A DNA stretch of 64,000 nucleotides. Origin: Mobula hypostoma. Lineage: Eukaryota. Position numbers and translations under genes: made by a program. The stretch lies in assembly GCF_963921235.1 (NCBI RefSeq), contig NC_086109.1, positions 186,001 to 250,000 of the forward strand, given 5' to 3'. The notes beneath the pieces were generated by a model, which saw only the letters and a list, made by a program, of their open reading frames with translations, had not been told where the DNA came from and ran no database searches. Each line of letters begins with the position of its first letter. Positions within the stretch are counted from its first letter, which is position 1. This document shows, in pieces, positions 11,545 to 26,500 of this stretch.

Positions 11545-14500
11545 ACCAGTCACTCGATATCTCCCTGAGAGAGAGGGACTGAGAGACACTGGTCAGCGTA
11601 CAGATATCCCCTGAGAGAGAGGGACTGAGAGACACCGGTCAGTGTACAGATATCCCCTGAGAGAGAGGGACTGAGAGACACCGGTCAGTGTACAGATATC
11701 CCCTGAGAGAGAGGGACTGAGAGACACCGGTCAGTGTACAGATATCCCCTGAGAGAGAGGGACTGAGAAACACCAGTCAGTGTACAGATATCCCCTGAGA
11801 GATACTGGTCAGTGTACAGATATCCCCCTAAGAGAGGGACTGAGAGACCCTGGTCAGTGTACAGATATCCCCTAAGAGAGAGGGACTGAGAAACACCAGT
11901 CAGTGTACAGATATCCCCTGAGAGATACTGGTCAGTGTACAGATATCCTCCTAAGAGAGGGACTGAGAGACCCTGGTCAGTGTACAGATATCCCCCTGAG
12001 AGAGAGGGACTGAGAGATACTGGTCAGTGTACAGATATCCCCTGAGAGAGAGGGACTGAGAGACACTGGTCAGTGTACAGATATCCCCCTGAGAGAGAGG
12101 AACTGAGAGACACCAGTCAGTGTACAGATATCCCCCTGAGAGAGAGGGACTGAGAGACACCGGTCAGTGTACAGATATCCCCCTGAGAGAGAGGGACTGA
12201 GAGACACCAGTCAGTGTACAGATATCCCCTGAGAGAGAGGGACTGAGAGACACCGGTCAGTGTACAGATATCCCCTGAGAGAGAGGGACTGAGAGACACT
12301 GGTCAGTGTACAGATATCCCCATGAGAGAGAGGGACTGAGAGACACCGGTCAGTGTACAGATATCCCCTGAGAGAGAGGGACTAAGAGACACCGGTCAGT
12401 GTACAGATATCCCCCTGAGAGAGAGGGACTGAGAGACACTGGTCAGTATACAGATATCCCCTGAGAGAGAGGGACTGAGAGATACTGGTCAGTGTAAAGA
12501 TATCCCCCTGAGAGAGGGACTGAGAGACACTGGTCAGTGTACAGATATCCCCCTGAGAGAGAGGAACTGAGAGACACCAGTCAGTGTACAGATATCTCCT
12601 GAGAGAGAGGGACTGAGAGACACCGGTCAGTGTACAGATATCCCCCTGAGAGAGAGGGACTGAGAGACACCAGTCAGTGTACAGATATCCCCCTGAGAGA
12701 CACCGGTCAGTGTACAGATATCCCCTGAGAGAGAGGGCCGGAGAGATACTGGTCAGTGTACAGATATCCCCCTGAGTGGAGGGACTGAGAGACACTGGTC
12801 AGTGTACAGATATCCCCCTGAGCGGAGGGACTGAGAGACACTCGTCAGTGTACAGATATCTCCCTGAGAGAGAGGGACTGAGAGACACCGGTCAGTGTAC
12901 AGATATCCCCTGAGAGAGAGGGAATGAGAGACACCGGTCAGTGTACAGATATCCCCCTGAGAAAGAGGGACTGAGAGATACTGGTAGGTGTACAGATATC
13001 CCCTGAGAGAGATGCACTGAGAGACACCGGTCAGTGTACAGATATCCCCTGAGAGAGAGGGACTGAGAGACACCGGTCAGTGTACAGATATCCCCTGAGA
13101 GACACTAGTCAGTGTACAGATATCCCCTGAGAGAGAGGGACTGAGAGACACTGGTCGGTGTAGAGCTATCCGCTGAGAGAGAGGGACTGAGAGATACTGG
13201 TCAGGGTACAGATATCCGCTGAGAGAGAGGGACTGAGAGACACTGGTTTGTGTACAGATATCCCCCTGAGAGAGAGGGACTGAGAGACACCGGTCAGTGT
13301 ACAGATATCCCCTGAGAGAGAGGGAATGAGAGACACTGGTCAGTGTGCAGATATCCCCTGAGAGAAAGGGACTGAGAGACACTGGTCAGTGTACAGATAT
13401 CCCCCTGAGAGAGAGGGACTGAGAGACACTGGTCAGTGTACAGATATCCCCCTGAGAGAGAGGGACTGAGAGACACCGGTCAGTGTACAGATATCCCGCT
13501 GAGAGAGAGGGACTGAGAGACACTGGTCAGTGTACAGATATACCCCTGACAGAGAGGGACTGAGAGACACCGGTCAGTGTACAGATATCCCCTGAGAGAG
13601 AGGGACTGAGAGATACTGGTAGGTGTACAGATATCCGCTGAGAGAGAGGGACTGAGAGACACCGGTCACTGTACAGATATCCCCCTGAGAGAGAAGAACT
13701 GAGAGATACTGGTCAGTGTGCAGATACCCCCTGAGAGAGAGGGACTGAGAGACACCGGTCGGTGTACAGATATCCCCTGAGAGAGAGGGACTGAGAGATA
13801 CTGGTCAGTGTATAGATATCCTCTAAGAGAGAGGGACTGAGAGACACTGGTCAGTGTACAGATATCCCCCTGAGAGAGAAGGACTGAGAGACACCGGTCA
13901 GTGTACAGATATCCCCCTGAGAGAGGGACTGAGAGACACCGGTCGGTGTACAGATATCCCCTGAGAGAGAGGGACTGAGAGGGACCAGTCAGTGTACAGA
14001 TATCCCCTGAGAGAGAGGGACTGAGAGATACTGGTCAGTGTACAGATATCCCCAGAGATAGAGGGACTGAGAGACACTGGTCAGTGTACAGATATCCCCC
14101 TGAGAGAGAGAGACTGAGAGACACCGGTCAGTGTACAGATATCTCCTGAGAGAGAGGGACTGAGAGATACTGGTCAGTGTATAGATATCCACTAAGAGAG
14201 AGGGACTGAGAGACACTGGTCAGTGTACAGATATCCCCCTGAGAGAGAGGGACTGAGAGACACCGGTCAGTGTACAGATATCCCCCTGAGAGAGGGACTG
14301 AGAGACACTGGTCAGAGTACAGATATCCCCCTGAGAGAGAGGGACTGAGAGACACTGGTCAGTGTACAGATATCCCCTGAGAGAGAGGCACTGAGAGACA
14401 CTGGTAAGTGTACAGATATACCCCTGAGAGAGAGGGACTGAGATACACTGGTCAGTGTACAGATATACCCCTGAGAGAGAGGGACTGAGAGACACCAGTC

Positions 14501-17500
14501 AGTGTACAGATATCCCCTGAGAGAGAGGGACTGAGAGATACTGGTAGGTGTACAGATATCCCCTGAGAGAGAGGGACTGAGAGACACCGGTAAGTGTACA
14601 GATATCCCCTGAGAGAGACACTAGTCAGTGTACAGATATCCCCTGAGAGAGAGGGACTGAGAGACACTGGTCGATGTAGAGCTATCCCCTGAGAGAGAGG
14701 GACTGAGAGATACTGGTCAGTGTACAGATATCCGCTGAGAGACAGGGACTGAAAGACACCAGTCAGTGTAAAGATATCACCCTGAGAGAGAGGGACTGAG
14801 AGACACTGGTCAGTGTACAGATATTCCCCTGAGAGAGAGGGACTGAGAGACACCGGTCAGTGTACAGATATCCCCTGAGAGAGAGGAAATGAGAGATACT
14901 GGTAGGTGTACAGATATCCCCTGAGAGAGAGGGACTGAGAGACACCGGTCAGTGTACAGATATCCCCTGAGAGACACTAGTCAGTGTACAGATATCCCCT
15001 GAGAGAGAGGGACTGAGAGACACTGGTCGGTGTAGAGCTATCCCCTGAGAGAGAGGGACTGAGAGATACTGGTCAGTGTACAGATATCCGCTGAGAGACA
15101 GGGACTGAAAGACACCAGTCAGTGTAAAGATATCACCCTGAGAGAGAGGGACTGAGAGACACTGGTCAGTGTACAGATATTCCCCTGAGAGAGAGGGACT
15201 GAGAGACACCGGTCAGTGTACAGATATCCCCTGAGAGAGAGGGACTAAGAGACACCGGTCAGTGTACAGATATCCCCCTGAGAGAGAGGGACTGAGAGAC
15301 ACTGGTAAGTATACAGATATCCCCTGAGAGAGAGGGACTGAGAGATACTGGTCAGTGTAAAGATATCCCCCTGAGAGAGGGACTGAGAGACACTGGTCAG
15401 TGTACAGATATCCCCCTGAGAGAGAGGAACTGAGAGACACCAGTCAGTGTACAGATATCCCCCTGAGAGAGAGGGACTGAGAGACACCGGTCAGTGTACA
15501 GATATCCCCCTGAGAGAGAGGGACTGAGAGACACCAGTCAGTGTACAGATATCCCCCTGAGAGACACCGGTCAGTGTACAGATATCCCCTGAGAGAGAGG
15601 GCCGGAGAGATACTGGTCAGTGTACAGATATCCCCCTGAGCGGAGGGACTGAGAGACACTGGTCAGTGTACAGATATCCCCCTGAGCGGAGGGACTGAGA
15701 GACACTCGTCAGTGTACAGATATCTCCCTGAGAGAGAGGGACTGAGAGACACCGGTCAGTGTACAGATATCCCCTGAGAGAGAGGGAATGAGAGACACCG
15801 GTCAGTGTACAGATATCCCCCTGAGAAAGAGGGACTGAGAGATACTGGTAGGTGTACAGATATCCCCTGAGAGAGATGCACTGAGAGACACCGGTCAGTG
15901 TACAGATATCCCCTGAGAGAGAGGGACTGAGAGACACCGGTCAGTGTACAGATATCCCCTGAGAGACACTAGTCAGTGTACAGATATCCCCTGAGAGAGA
16001 GGGACTGAGAGACACTGGTCGGTGTAGAGCTATCCGCTGAGAGAGAGGGACTGAGAGATACTGGTCAGGGTACAGATATCCGCTGAGAGAGAGGGACTGA
16101 GAGACACTGGTTTGTGTACAGATATCCCCCTGAGAGAGAGGGACTGAGAGACACCGGTCAGTGTACAGATATCCCCTGAGAGAGAGGGAATGAGAGACAC
16201 TGGTCAGTGTGCAGATATCCCCTGAGAGAAAGGGACTGAGAGACACTGGTCAGTGTACAGATATCCCCCTGAGAGAGAGGGACTGAGAGACACTGGTCAG
16301 TGTACAGATATCCCCCTGAGAGAGAGGGACTGAGAGACACCGGTCAGTGTACAGATATCCCGCTGAGAGAGAGGGACTGAGAGACACTGGTCAGTGTACA
16401 GATATACCCCTGACAGAGAGGGACTGAGAGACACCGGTCAGTGTACAGATATCCCCTGAGAGAGAGGGACTGAGAGATACTGGTAGGTGTACAGATATCC
16501 GCTGAGAGAGAGGGACTGAGAGACACCGGTCACTGTACAGATATCCCCCTGAGAGAGAAGAACTGAGAGATACTGGTCAGTGTGCAGATACCCCCTGAGA
16601 GAGAGGGACTGAGAGACACCGGTCGGTGTACAGATATCCCCTGAGAGAGAGGGACTGAGAGATACTGGTCAGTGTATAGATATCCCCTAAGAGAGAGGGA
16701 CTGAGAGACACTGGTCAGTGTACAGATATCCCCCTGAGAGAGAAGGACTGAGAGACACCGGTCAGTGTACAGATATCCCCCTGAGAGAGGGACTGAGAGA
16801 CACCGGTCGGTGTACAGATATCCCCTGAGAGAGAGGGACTGAGAGGGACCAGTCAGTGTACAGATATCCCCTGAGAGAGAGGGACTGAGAGATACTGGTC
16901 AGTGTACAGATATCCCCAGAGATAGAGGGACTGAGAGACACTGGTCAGTGTACAGATATCCCCCTGAGAGAGAGAGACTGAGAGACACCGGTCAGTGTAC
17001 AGATATCTCCTGAGAGAGAGGGACTGAGAGATACTGGTCAGTGTATAGATATCCACTAAGAGAGAGGGACTGAGAGACACTGGTCAGTGTACAGATATCC
17101 CCCTGAGAGAGAGGGACTGAGAGACACCGGTCAGTGTACAGATATCCCCCTGAGAGAGGGACTGAGAGACACTGGTCAGAGTACAGATATCCCCCTGAGA
17201 GAGAGGGACTGAGAGACACTGGTCAGTGTACAGATATCCCCTGAGAGAGAGGGACTGAGAGACACTGGTAAGTGTACAGATATACCCCTGAGAGAGAGGG
17301 ACTGAGATACACTGGTCAGTGTACAGATATACCCCTGAGAGAGAGGGACTGAGAGACACCAGTCAGTGTACAGATATCCCCTGAGAGAGAGGGACTGAGA
17401 GATACTGGTAGGTGTACACATATCCCCTGAGAGAGAGGGACTGAGAGACACCGGTAAGTGTACAGATATCCCCTGAGAGACACTAGTCAGTGTACAGATA

Positions 17501-20500
17501 TCCCCTGAGAGAGAGGGACTGAGAGACACTGGTCGGTGTAGAGCTATCCCCTGAGAGAGAGGGACTGAGAGATACTGGTCAGTGTACAGATATCCGCTGA
17601 GAGACAGGGACTGAAAGACACCAGTCAGTGTAAAGATATCACCCTGAGAGAGAGGGACTGAGAGACACTGGTCAGTGTACAGATATTCCCCTGAGAGAGA
17701 GGGACTGAGAGACACCGGTCAGTGTACAGATATCCCCTGAGAGAGAGGAAATGAGAGATACTGGTAGGTGTACAGATATCCCCTGAGAGAGAGGGACTGA
17801 GAGACACCGGTCAGTGTACAGATATCCCCTGAGAGACACTAGTCAGTGTACAGATATCCCCTGAGAGAGAGGGACTGAGAGACACTGGTCGGTGTAGAGC
17901 TATCCCCTGAGAGAGAGGGACTGAGAGATACTGGTCAGTGTACAGATATCCGCTGAGAGACAGGGACTGAAAGACACCAGTCAGTGTAAAGATATCACCC
18001 TGAGAGAGAGGGACTGAGAGACACTGGTCAGTGTACAGATATTCCCCTGAGAGAGAGGGACTGAGAGACACCGGTCAGTGTACAGATATCCCCTGAGAGA
18101 GAGGAAATGAGAGACACTGGTCAGTGTGCAGATATCCACTGAGAGAAAGGGACTGAGAGACACCGGTCAGTGTACAGATATCCCCTGAGAGAGAGGGACA
18201 GAGAGACAGCGGTCAGTGTATAGATATCCCCTGATAGAGAGGGACTGAGAGACACTGGTCAGTGTACAGATATCCCCCTGAGAGAGAGGGACTGAGAGAC
18301 ACCGGTCAATGTACAGATATCCCCTGAGAGAGAGGGACTGAGAGATACTGGTCAGTGTACAGATATCCCCAGAGATAGAGGGACTGAGAGACACTGGTCA
18401 GTGTACAGATATCCCCCTGAGAGAGAGAGACTGAGAGACACCGGTCAGTGTACAGATATCTCCTGAGAGAGAGGGACTGAGAGATACTGGTCAGTGTATA
18501 GATATCACCTAAGAGAGAGGGACTGAGAGACACCGGTCAGTGTACAGATATCCCCCTGAGAGAGAGGGACTGAGAGACACCGGTCAGTGTACAGATATCC
18601 CCCTGAGAGAGGGACTGAGAGACACTGGTCAGAGTACAGATATCTCCCTGAGAGAGAGGGACTGAGAGACACTGGTCAGTGTACAGATATCCCCTGAGAG
18701 AGAGGGACTGAGAGACACTGGTAAGTGTACAGATATACCCCTGAGAGAGAGGGACTGAGAGACACCGGTCAGTGTACAGATATCCCCTGAGAGAGAGTGA
18801 CTGAGAGACACCGGTCGGTGTACAGATATCCCCTGAGAGAGAGGGACTGAGAGGCACCAGTCAGTGTACTGATATCCCCTGAGAGAGAGGGACTGAGAGA
18901 TACTGGTCAGTGTACAGATATCCCCTGAGAGAGAGGGACTGAGATACACTGGTCAGTGTACAGATATCCCCTGACAGAGAGGGACTGAGAGACACCGGTC
19001 GGTGTACAGATATCCCCTCAGAGAGAGGGACTGAGAGGCACCAGTCAGTGTACTGATATCCCCTGAGAGAGAGGGACTGAGAGATACTGGTCAGTGTACA
19101 GATATCCCCAGAGATAGAGGGACTGAGAGACACTGGTCAGTGTACAGATATCCCCTGAGAGAGAGGGACTGAGAGACACTGGTCAGTGTACAGATATCCC
19201 CCTGAGAGAGAGGGACTGAGAGACACCGGTCAGTGTACAGATATCCCCTGAGAGAGAGGGACTGAGAGATACTGGTCAGTGTATAGATATCCCCTAAGAG
19301 AGAGGGACTGAGAGACACTGGTCAGTGTACAGATATCCCCCTGAGAGAGAGGGACTGAGAGACACCGGTCAGTGTACAGATATCCCCCTGAGAGAGGGAC
19401 TGAGAGACACCGGTCGGTGTACAGATATCCCCTGAGAGAGAGGGACTGAGAGGCACCTGTCAGTGTACAGATATCCCCTGAGAGAGAGGGACTGAGAGAT
19501 ACTGTTCAGTGTACAGATATCCCCAGAGATAGAGGGATTGAGAGACACTGGTCAGTGTACAGATATCCCCCTGAGAGAGAGAGACTGAGAGACACCGGTC
19601 AGTGTACAGATATACCCCTGACAGAGAGGGACTGAGAGACACCGGACAGTGTACAGATATCCCGCTGAGAGAGAGGGACTGAGAGACACTGGTCAGTGTA
19701 CAGATATACCCCTGACAGAGAGGGACTGAGAGACACCGGTCAGTGTACAGATATCCCCTGAGAGAGAGGGACTGAGAGATACTGGTAGGTGTACAGATAT
19801 CCCCTGAGAGAGAGGGACTGAGAGACACCGGTCACTGTACAGATATCCCCCTGAGAGAGAAGAACTGAGAGATACTGGTCAGTGTACAGATACCCCCTGA
19901 GAGAGAGGGACTGAGAGACACCGGTCGGTGTACAGATATCCCCTGAGAGAGAGGGACTGAGAGATACTGGTCAGTGTATAGATATCCCCTAAGAGAGAGG
20001 GACTGAGAGACACTGGTCAGTGTACAGATATCCCCCTGAGAGAGAAGGACTGAGAGACACCGGTCAGTGTACAGATATCCCCCTGAGAGAGGGACTGAGA
20101 GACACCGGTCGGTGTACAGATATCCCCTGAGAGAGAGGGACTGAGAGGGACCAGTCAGTGTACAGATATCCCCTGAGAGAGAGGGACTGAGAGATACTGG
20201 TCAGTGTACAGATATCCCCAGAGATAGAGGGACTGAGAGACACTGGTCAGTGTACAGATATCCCCCTGAGAGAGAGTGACTGAGAGACACCGGTCAGTGT
20301 ACAGATATCTCCTGAGAGAGAGGGACTGAGAGATACTGGTCAGTGTATAGATATCCCCTAAGAGAGAGGGACTGAGAGACACTGGTCAGTGTACAGATAT
20401 CCCCCTGAGAGAGAGGGACTGAGAGACACCGGTCAGTGTACAGATATCCCCCTCGAGAGAGGGGGACTGAGAGACACTGGTAAGTGTACAGATATACCCC

Positions 20501-23500
20501 TGAGAGAGAGGGACTGAGATACACTGGTCAGTGTACAGATATACCCCTGACAGAGAGGGACTGAGAGACACCGGTCAGTGTACAGATATCCCCTGAGAGA
20601 GAGGGACTGAGAGATACTGGTAGGTGTACAGATATCCCCTGAGAGAGAGGGACTGAGAGACACCGGTCAGTGTACAGATATCCCCTGAGAGACACTAGTC
20701 AGTGTACAGATATCCCCTGAGAGAGAGGGACTGAGAGACACTGGTCGGTGTAGAGCTATCCCCTGAGAGAGAGGGACTGAGAGATACTGGTCAGTGTACA
20801 GATATCCGCTGAGAGACAGGGACTGAAAGACACCAGTCAGTGTAAAGATATCACCCTGAGAGAGAGGGACTGAGAGACACTGGTCAGTGTACAGATATTC
20901 CCCTGAGAGAGAGGGACTGAGAGACACCGGTCAGTGTACAGATATCCCCTGAGAGAGAGGAAATGAGAGATACTGGTAGGTGTACAGATATCCCCTGAGA
21001 GAGAGGGACTGAGAGACACCGGTCAGTGTACAGATATCCCCTGAGAGACACTAGTCAGTGTACAGATATCCCCTGAGAGAGAGGGACTGAGAGACACTGG
21101 TCGGTGTAGAGCTATCCCCTGAGAGAGAGGGACTGAGAGATACTGGTCAGTGTACAGATATCCGCTGAGAGACAGGGACTGAAAGACACCAGTCAGTGTA
21201 AAGATATCACCCTGAGAGAGAGGGACTGAGAGACACTGGTCAGTGTACAGATATTCCCCTGAGAGAGAGGGACTGAGAGACACCGGTCAGTGTACAGATA
21301 TCCCCTGAGAGAGAGGAAATGAGAGACACTGGTCAGTGTGCAGATATCCACTGAGAGAAAGGGACTGAGAGACACTGGTCAGTGTACAGATATCCCCCTG
21401 AGAGAGAGGGACTGAGAGACACCGGTCAGTGTACAGATATCCCCTGAGAGAGAGGGACAGAGAGACAGCGGTCAGTGTATAGATATCCCCTGATAGAGAG
21501 GGACTGAGAGACACTGGTCAGTGTACAGATATCCCCCTGAGAGAGAGGGACTGAGAGACACCGGTCAGTGTACAGATATCCCCTGAGAGAGAGGGACTGA
21601 GAGATACTGGTCAGTGTACAGATATCCCCAGAGATAGAGGGACTGAGAGACACTGGTCAGTGTACAGATATCCCCCTGAGAGAGAGAGACTGAGAGACAC
21701 CGGTCAGTGTACAGATATCTCCTGAGAGAGAGGGACTGAGAGATACTGGTCAGTGTATAGATATCACCTAAGAGAGAGGGACTGAGAGACACTGGTCAGT
21801 GTACAGATATCCCCCTGAGAGAGAGGGACTGAGAGACACCGGTCAGTGTACAGATATCCCCCTGAGAGAGGGACTGAGAGACACTGGTCAGAGTACAGAT
21901 ATCTCCGTGAGAGAGAGGGACTGAGAGACACTGGTCAGTGTACAGATATCCCCTGAGAGAGAGGGACTGAGAGACACTGGTAAGTGTACAGATATACCCC
22001 TGAGAGAGAGGGACTGAGAGACACCGGTCAGTGTACAGATATCCCCTGAGAGAGAGTGACTGAGAGACACCGGTCGGTGTACAGATATCCCCTGAGAGAG
22101 AGGGACTGAGAGGCACCAGTCAGTGTACTGATATCCCCTGAGAGAGAGGGACTGAGAGATACTGGTCAGTGTACAGATATCCCCTGAGAGAGAGGGACTG
22201 AGATACACTGGTCAGTGTACAGATATCCCCTGAGAGAGAGGGACTGAGAGACACCGGTCGGTGTACAGATATCCCCTCAGAGAGAGGGACTGAGAGGCAC
22301 CAGTCAGTGTACTGATATCCCCTGAGAGAGAGGGACTGAGAGATACTGGTCAGTGTACAGATATCCCCAGAGATAGAGGGACTGAGAGACACTGGTCAGT
22401 GTACAGATATCCCCTGAGAGAGAGGGACTGAGAGACACCGGTCAGTATACAGATATCCCCTGAGAGAGAGGGACTGAGAGATACTGGTCAGTGTAAAGAT
22501 ATCCCCCTGAGAGAGGGACTGAGAGACACTGGTCAGTGTACAGATATCCCCCTGAGAGAGAGGAACTGAGAGACACCAGTCAGTGTACAGATATCCCCCT
22601 GAGAGAGAGGGACTGAGAGACACCGGTCAGTGTACAGATATCCCCCTGAGAGAGAGGGACTGAGAGACACCAGTCAGTGTACAGATATCCCCCTGAGAGA
22701 CACCGGTCAGTGTACAGATATCCCCTGAGAGAGAGGGCCGGAGAGATACTGGTCAGTGTACAGATATCCCCCTGAGCGGAGGGACTGAGAGACACTGGTC
22801 AGTGTACAGATATCCCCCTGAGCGGAGGGACTGAGAGACACTCGTCAGTGTACAGATATCTCCCTGAGAGAGAGGGACTGAGAGACACCGGTCAGTGTAC
22901 AGATATCCCCTGAGAGAGAGGGAATGAGAGACACCGGTCAGTGTACAGATATCCCCCTGAGAAAGAGGGACTGAGAGATACTGGTAGGTGTACAGATATC
23001 CCCTGAGAGAGATGCACTGAGAGACACCGGTCAGTGTACAGATATCCTCTGAGAGAGAGGGACTGAGAGACACCGGTCAGTGTACAGATATCCCCTGAGA
23101 GACACTAGTCAGTGTACAGATATCCCCTGAGAGAGAGGGACTGAGAGACACTGGTCGGTGTAGAGCTATCCGCTGAGAGAGAGGGACTGAGAGATACTGG
23201 TCAGGGTACAGATATCCGCTGAGAGAGAGGGACTGAGAGACACTGGTTTGTGTACAGATATCCCCCTGAGAGAGAGGGACTGAGAGACACCGGTCAGTGT
23301 ACAGATATCCCCTGAGAGAGAGGGAATGAGAGACACTGGTCAGTGTGCAGATATCCCCTGAGAGAAAGGGACTGAGAGACACTGGTCAGTGTACAGATAT
23401 CCCCCTGAGAGAGAGGGACTGAGAGACACTGGTCAGTGTACAGATATCCCCCTGAGAGAGAGGGACTGAGAGACACCGGTCAGTGTACAGATATCCCGCT

Positions 23501-26500
23501 GAGAGAGAGGGACTGAGAGACACTGGTCAGTGTACAGATATACCCCTGACAGAGAGGGACTGAGAGACACCGGTCAGTGTACAGATATCCCCTGAGAGAG
23601 AGGGACTGAGAGATACTGGTAGGTGTACAGATATCCGCTGAGAGAGAGGGACTGAGAGACACCGGTCACTGTACAGATATCCCCCTGAGAGAGAAGAACT
23701 GAGAGATACTGGTCAGTGTGCAGATACCCCCTGAGAGAGAGGGACTGAGAGACACCGGTCGGTGTACAGATATCCCCTGAGAGAGAGGGACTGAGAGATA
23801 CTGGTCAGTGTATAGATATCCCCTAAGAGAGAGGGACTGAGAGACACTGGTCAGTGTACAGATATCCCCCTGAGAGAGAAGGACTGAGAGACACCGGTCA
23901 GTGTACAGATATCCCCCTGAGAGAGGGACTGAGAGACACCGGTCGGTGTACAGATATCCCCTGAGAGAGAGGGACTGAGAGGGACCAGTCAGTGTACAGA
24001 TATCCCCTGAGAGAGAGGGACTGAGAGATACTGGTCAGTGTACAGATATCCCCAGAGATAGAGGGACTGAGAGACACTGGTCAGTGTACAGATATCCCCC
24101 TGAGAGAGAGAGACTGAGAGACACCGGTCAGTGTACAGATATCTCCTGAGAGAGAGGGACTGAGAGATACTGGTCAGTGTATAGATATCCACTAAGAGAG
24201 AGGGACTGAGAGACACTGGTCAGTGTACAGATATCCCCCTGAGAGAGAGGGACTGAGAGACACCGGTCAGTGTACAGATATCCCCCTGAGAGAGGGACTG
24301 AGAGACACTGGTCAGAGTACAGATATCCCCCTGAGAGAGAGGGACTGAGAGACACTGGTCAGTGTACAGATATCCCCTGAGAGAGAGGGACTGAGAGACA
24401 CTGGTAAGTGTACAGATATACCCCTGAGAGAGAGGGACTGAGATACACTGGTCAGTGTACAGATATACCCCTGAGAGAGAGGGACTGAGAGACACCAGTC
24501 AGTGTACAGATATCCCCTGAGAGAGAGGGACTGAGAGATACTGGTAGGTGTACAGATATCCCCTGAGAGAGAGGGACTGAGAGACACCGGTAAGTGTACA
24601 GATATCCCCTGAGAGACACTAGTCAGTGTACAGATATCCCCTGAGAGAGAGGGACTGAGAGACACTGGTCGGTGTAGAGCTATCCCCTGAGAGAGAGGGA
24701 CTGAGAGATACTGGTCAGTGTACAGATATCCGCTGAGAGACAGGGACTGAAAGACACCAGTCAGTGTAAAGATATCACCCTGAGAGAGAGGGACTGAGAG
24801 ACACTGGTCAGTGTACAGATATTCCCCTGAGAGAGAGGGACTGAGAGACACCGGTCAGTGTACAGATATCCCCTGAGAGAGAAGAAATGAGAGATACTGG
24901 TAGGTGTACAGATATCCCCTGAGAGAGAGGGACTGAGAGACACCGGTCAGTGTACAGATATCCCCTGAGAGACACTAGTCAGTGTACAGATATCCCCTGA
25001 GAGAGAGGGACTGAGAGACACTGGTCGGTGTAGAGCTATCCCCTGAGAGAGAGGGACTGAGAGATTCTGGTCAGTGTACAGATATCCGCTGAGAGACAGG
25101 GACTGAAAGACACCAGTCAGTGTAAAGATATCACCCTGAGAGAGAGGGACTGAGAGACACTGGTCAGTGTACAGATATTCCCCTGAGAGAGAGGGACTGA
25201 GAGACACCGGTCAGTGTACAGATATCCCCTGAGAGAGAGGAAATGAGAGACACTGGTCAGTGTGCAGATATCCACTGAGAGAAAGGGACTGAGAGACACC
25301 GGTCAGTGTACAGATATCCCCTGAGAGAGAGGGACAGAGAGACAGCGGTCAGTGTATAGATATCCCCTGATAGAGAGGGACTGAGAGACACTGGTCAGTG
25401 TACAGATATCCCCCTGAGAGAGAGGGACTGAGAGACACCGGTCAGTGTACAGATATCCCCTGAGAGAGAGGGACTGAGAGATACTGGTCAGTGTACAGAT
25501 ATCCCCAGAGATAGAGGGACTGAGAGACACTGGTCAGTGTACAGATATCCCCCTGAGAGAGAGAGACTGAGAGACACCGGTCAGTGTACAGATATCTCCT
25601 GAGAGAGAGGGACTGAGAGATACTGGTCAGTGTACAGATATCACCTAAGAGAGAGGGACTGAGAGACACTGGTCAGTGTACAGATATCCCCCTGAGAGAG
25701 AGGGACTGAGAGACACCGGTCAGTGTACAGATATCCCCCTGACAGAGGGACTGAGAGACACTGGTCAGAGTACAGATATCTCCCTGAGAGAGAGGGACTG
25801 AGAGACACTGGTCAGTGTACAGATATCCCCTGAGAGAGAGGGACTGAGAGACACTGGAAAGTGTACAGATATACCCCTGAGAGAGAGGGACTGAGAAACA
25901 CCGGTCAGTGTACAGATATCCCCTGAGAGAGAGTGACTGAGAGACACCGGTCGGTGTACAGATATCCCCTGAGAGAGAGGGACTGAGAGGCACCAGTCAG
26001 TGTACTGATATCCCCTGAGAGAGAGGGACTGAGAGATACTGGTCAGTGTACAGATATCCCCTGAGAGAGAGGGACTGAGATACACTGGTCAGTGTACAAA
26101 TATCCCCTGAGAGAGAGGGACTGAGAGACACCGGTCGGTGTACAGATATCCCCTCAGAGAGAGGGACTGAGAGGCACCAGTCAGTGTACTGATATCCCCT
26201 GAGAGAGAGGGACTGAGAGATACTGGTCAGTGTACAGATATCCCCAGAGATAGAGGGACTGAGAGACACTGGTCAGTGTACAGATATCCCCTGAGAGAGA
26301 GGGACTGAGAGACACTGGTCAGTGTACAGATATCCCCCTGAGAGAGAGGGACTGAGAGACACCGGTCAGTGTACAGATATCCCCTGAGAGAGAGGGACTG
26401 AGAGATACTGGTCAGTGTATAGATATCCCCTAAGAGAGAGGGACTGAGAGACACTGGTCAGTGTACAGATATCCCCCTGAGAGAGAGGGACTGAGAGACA

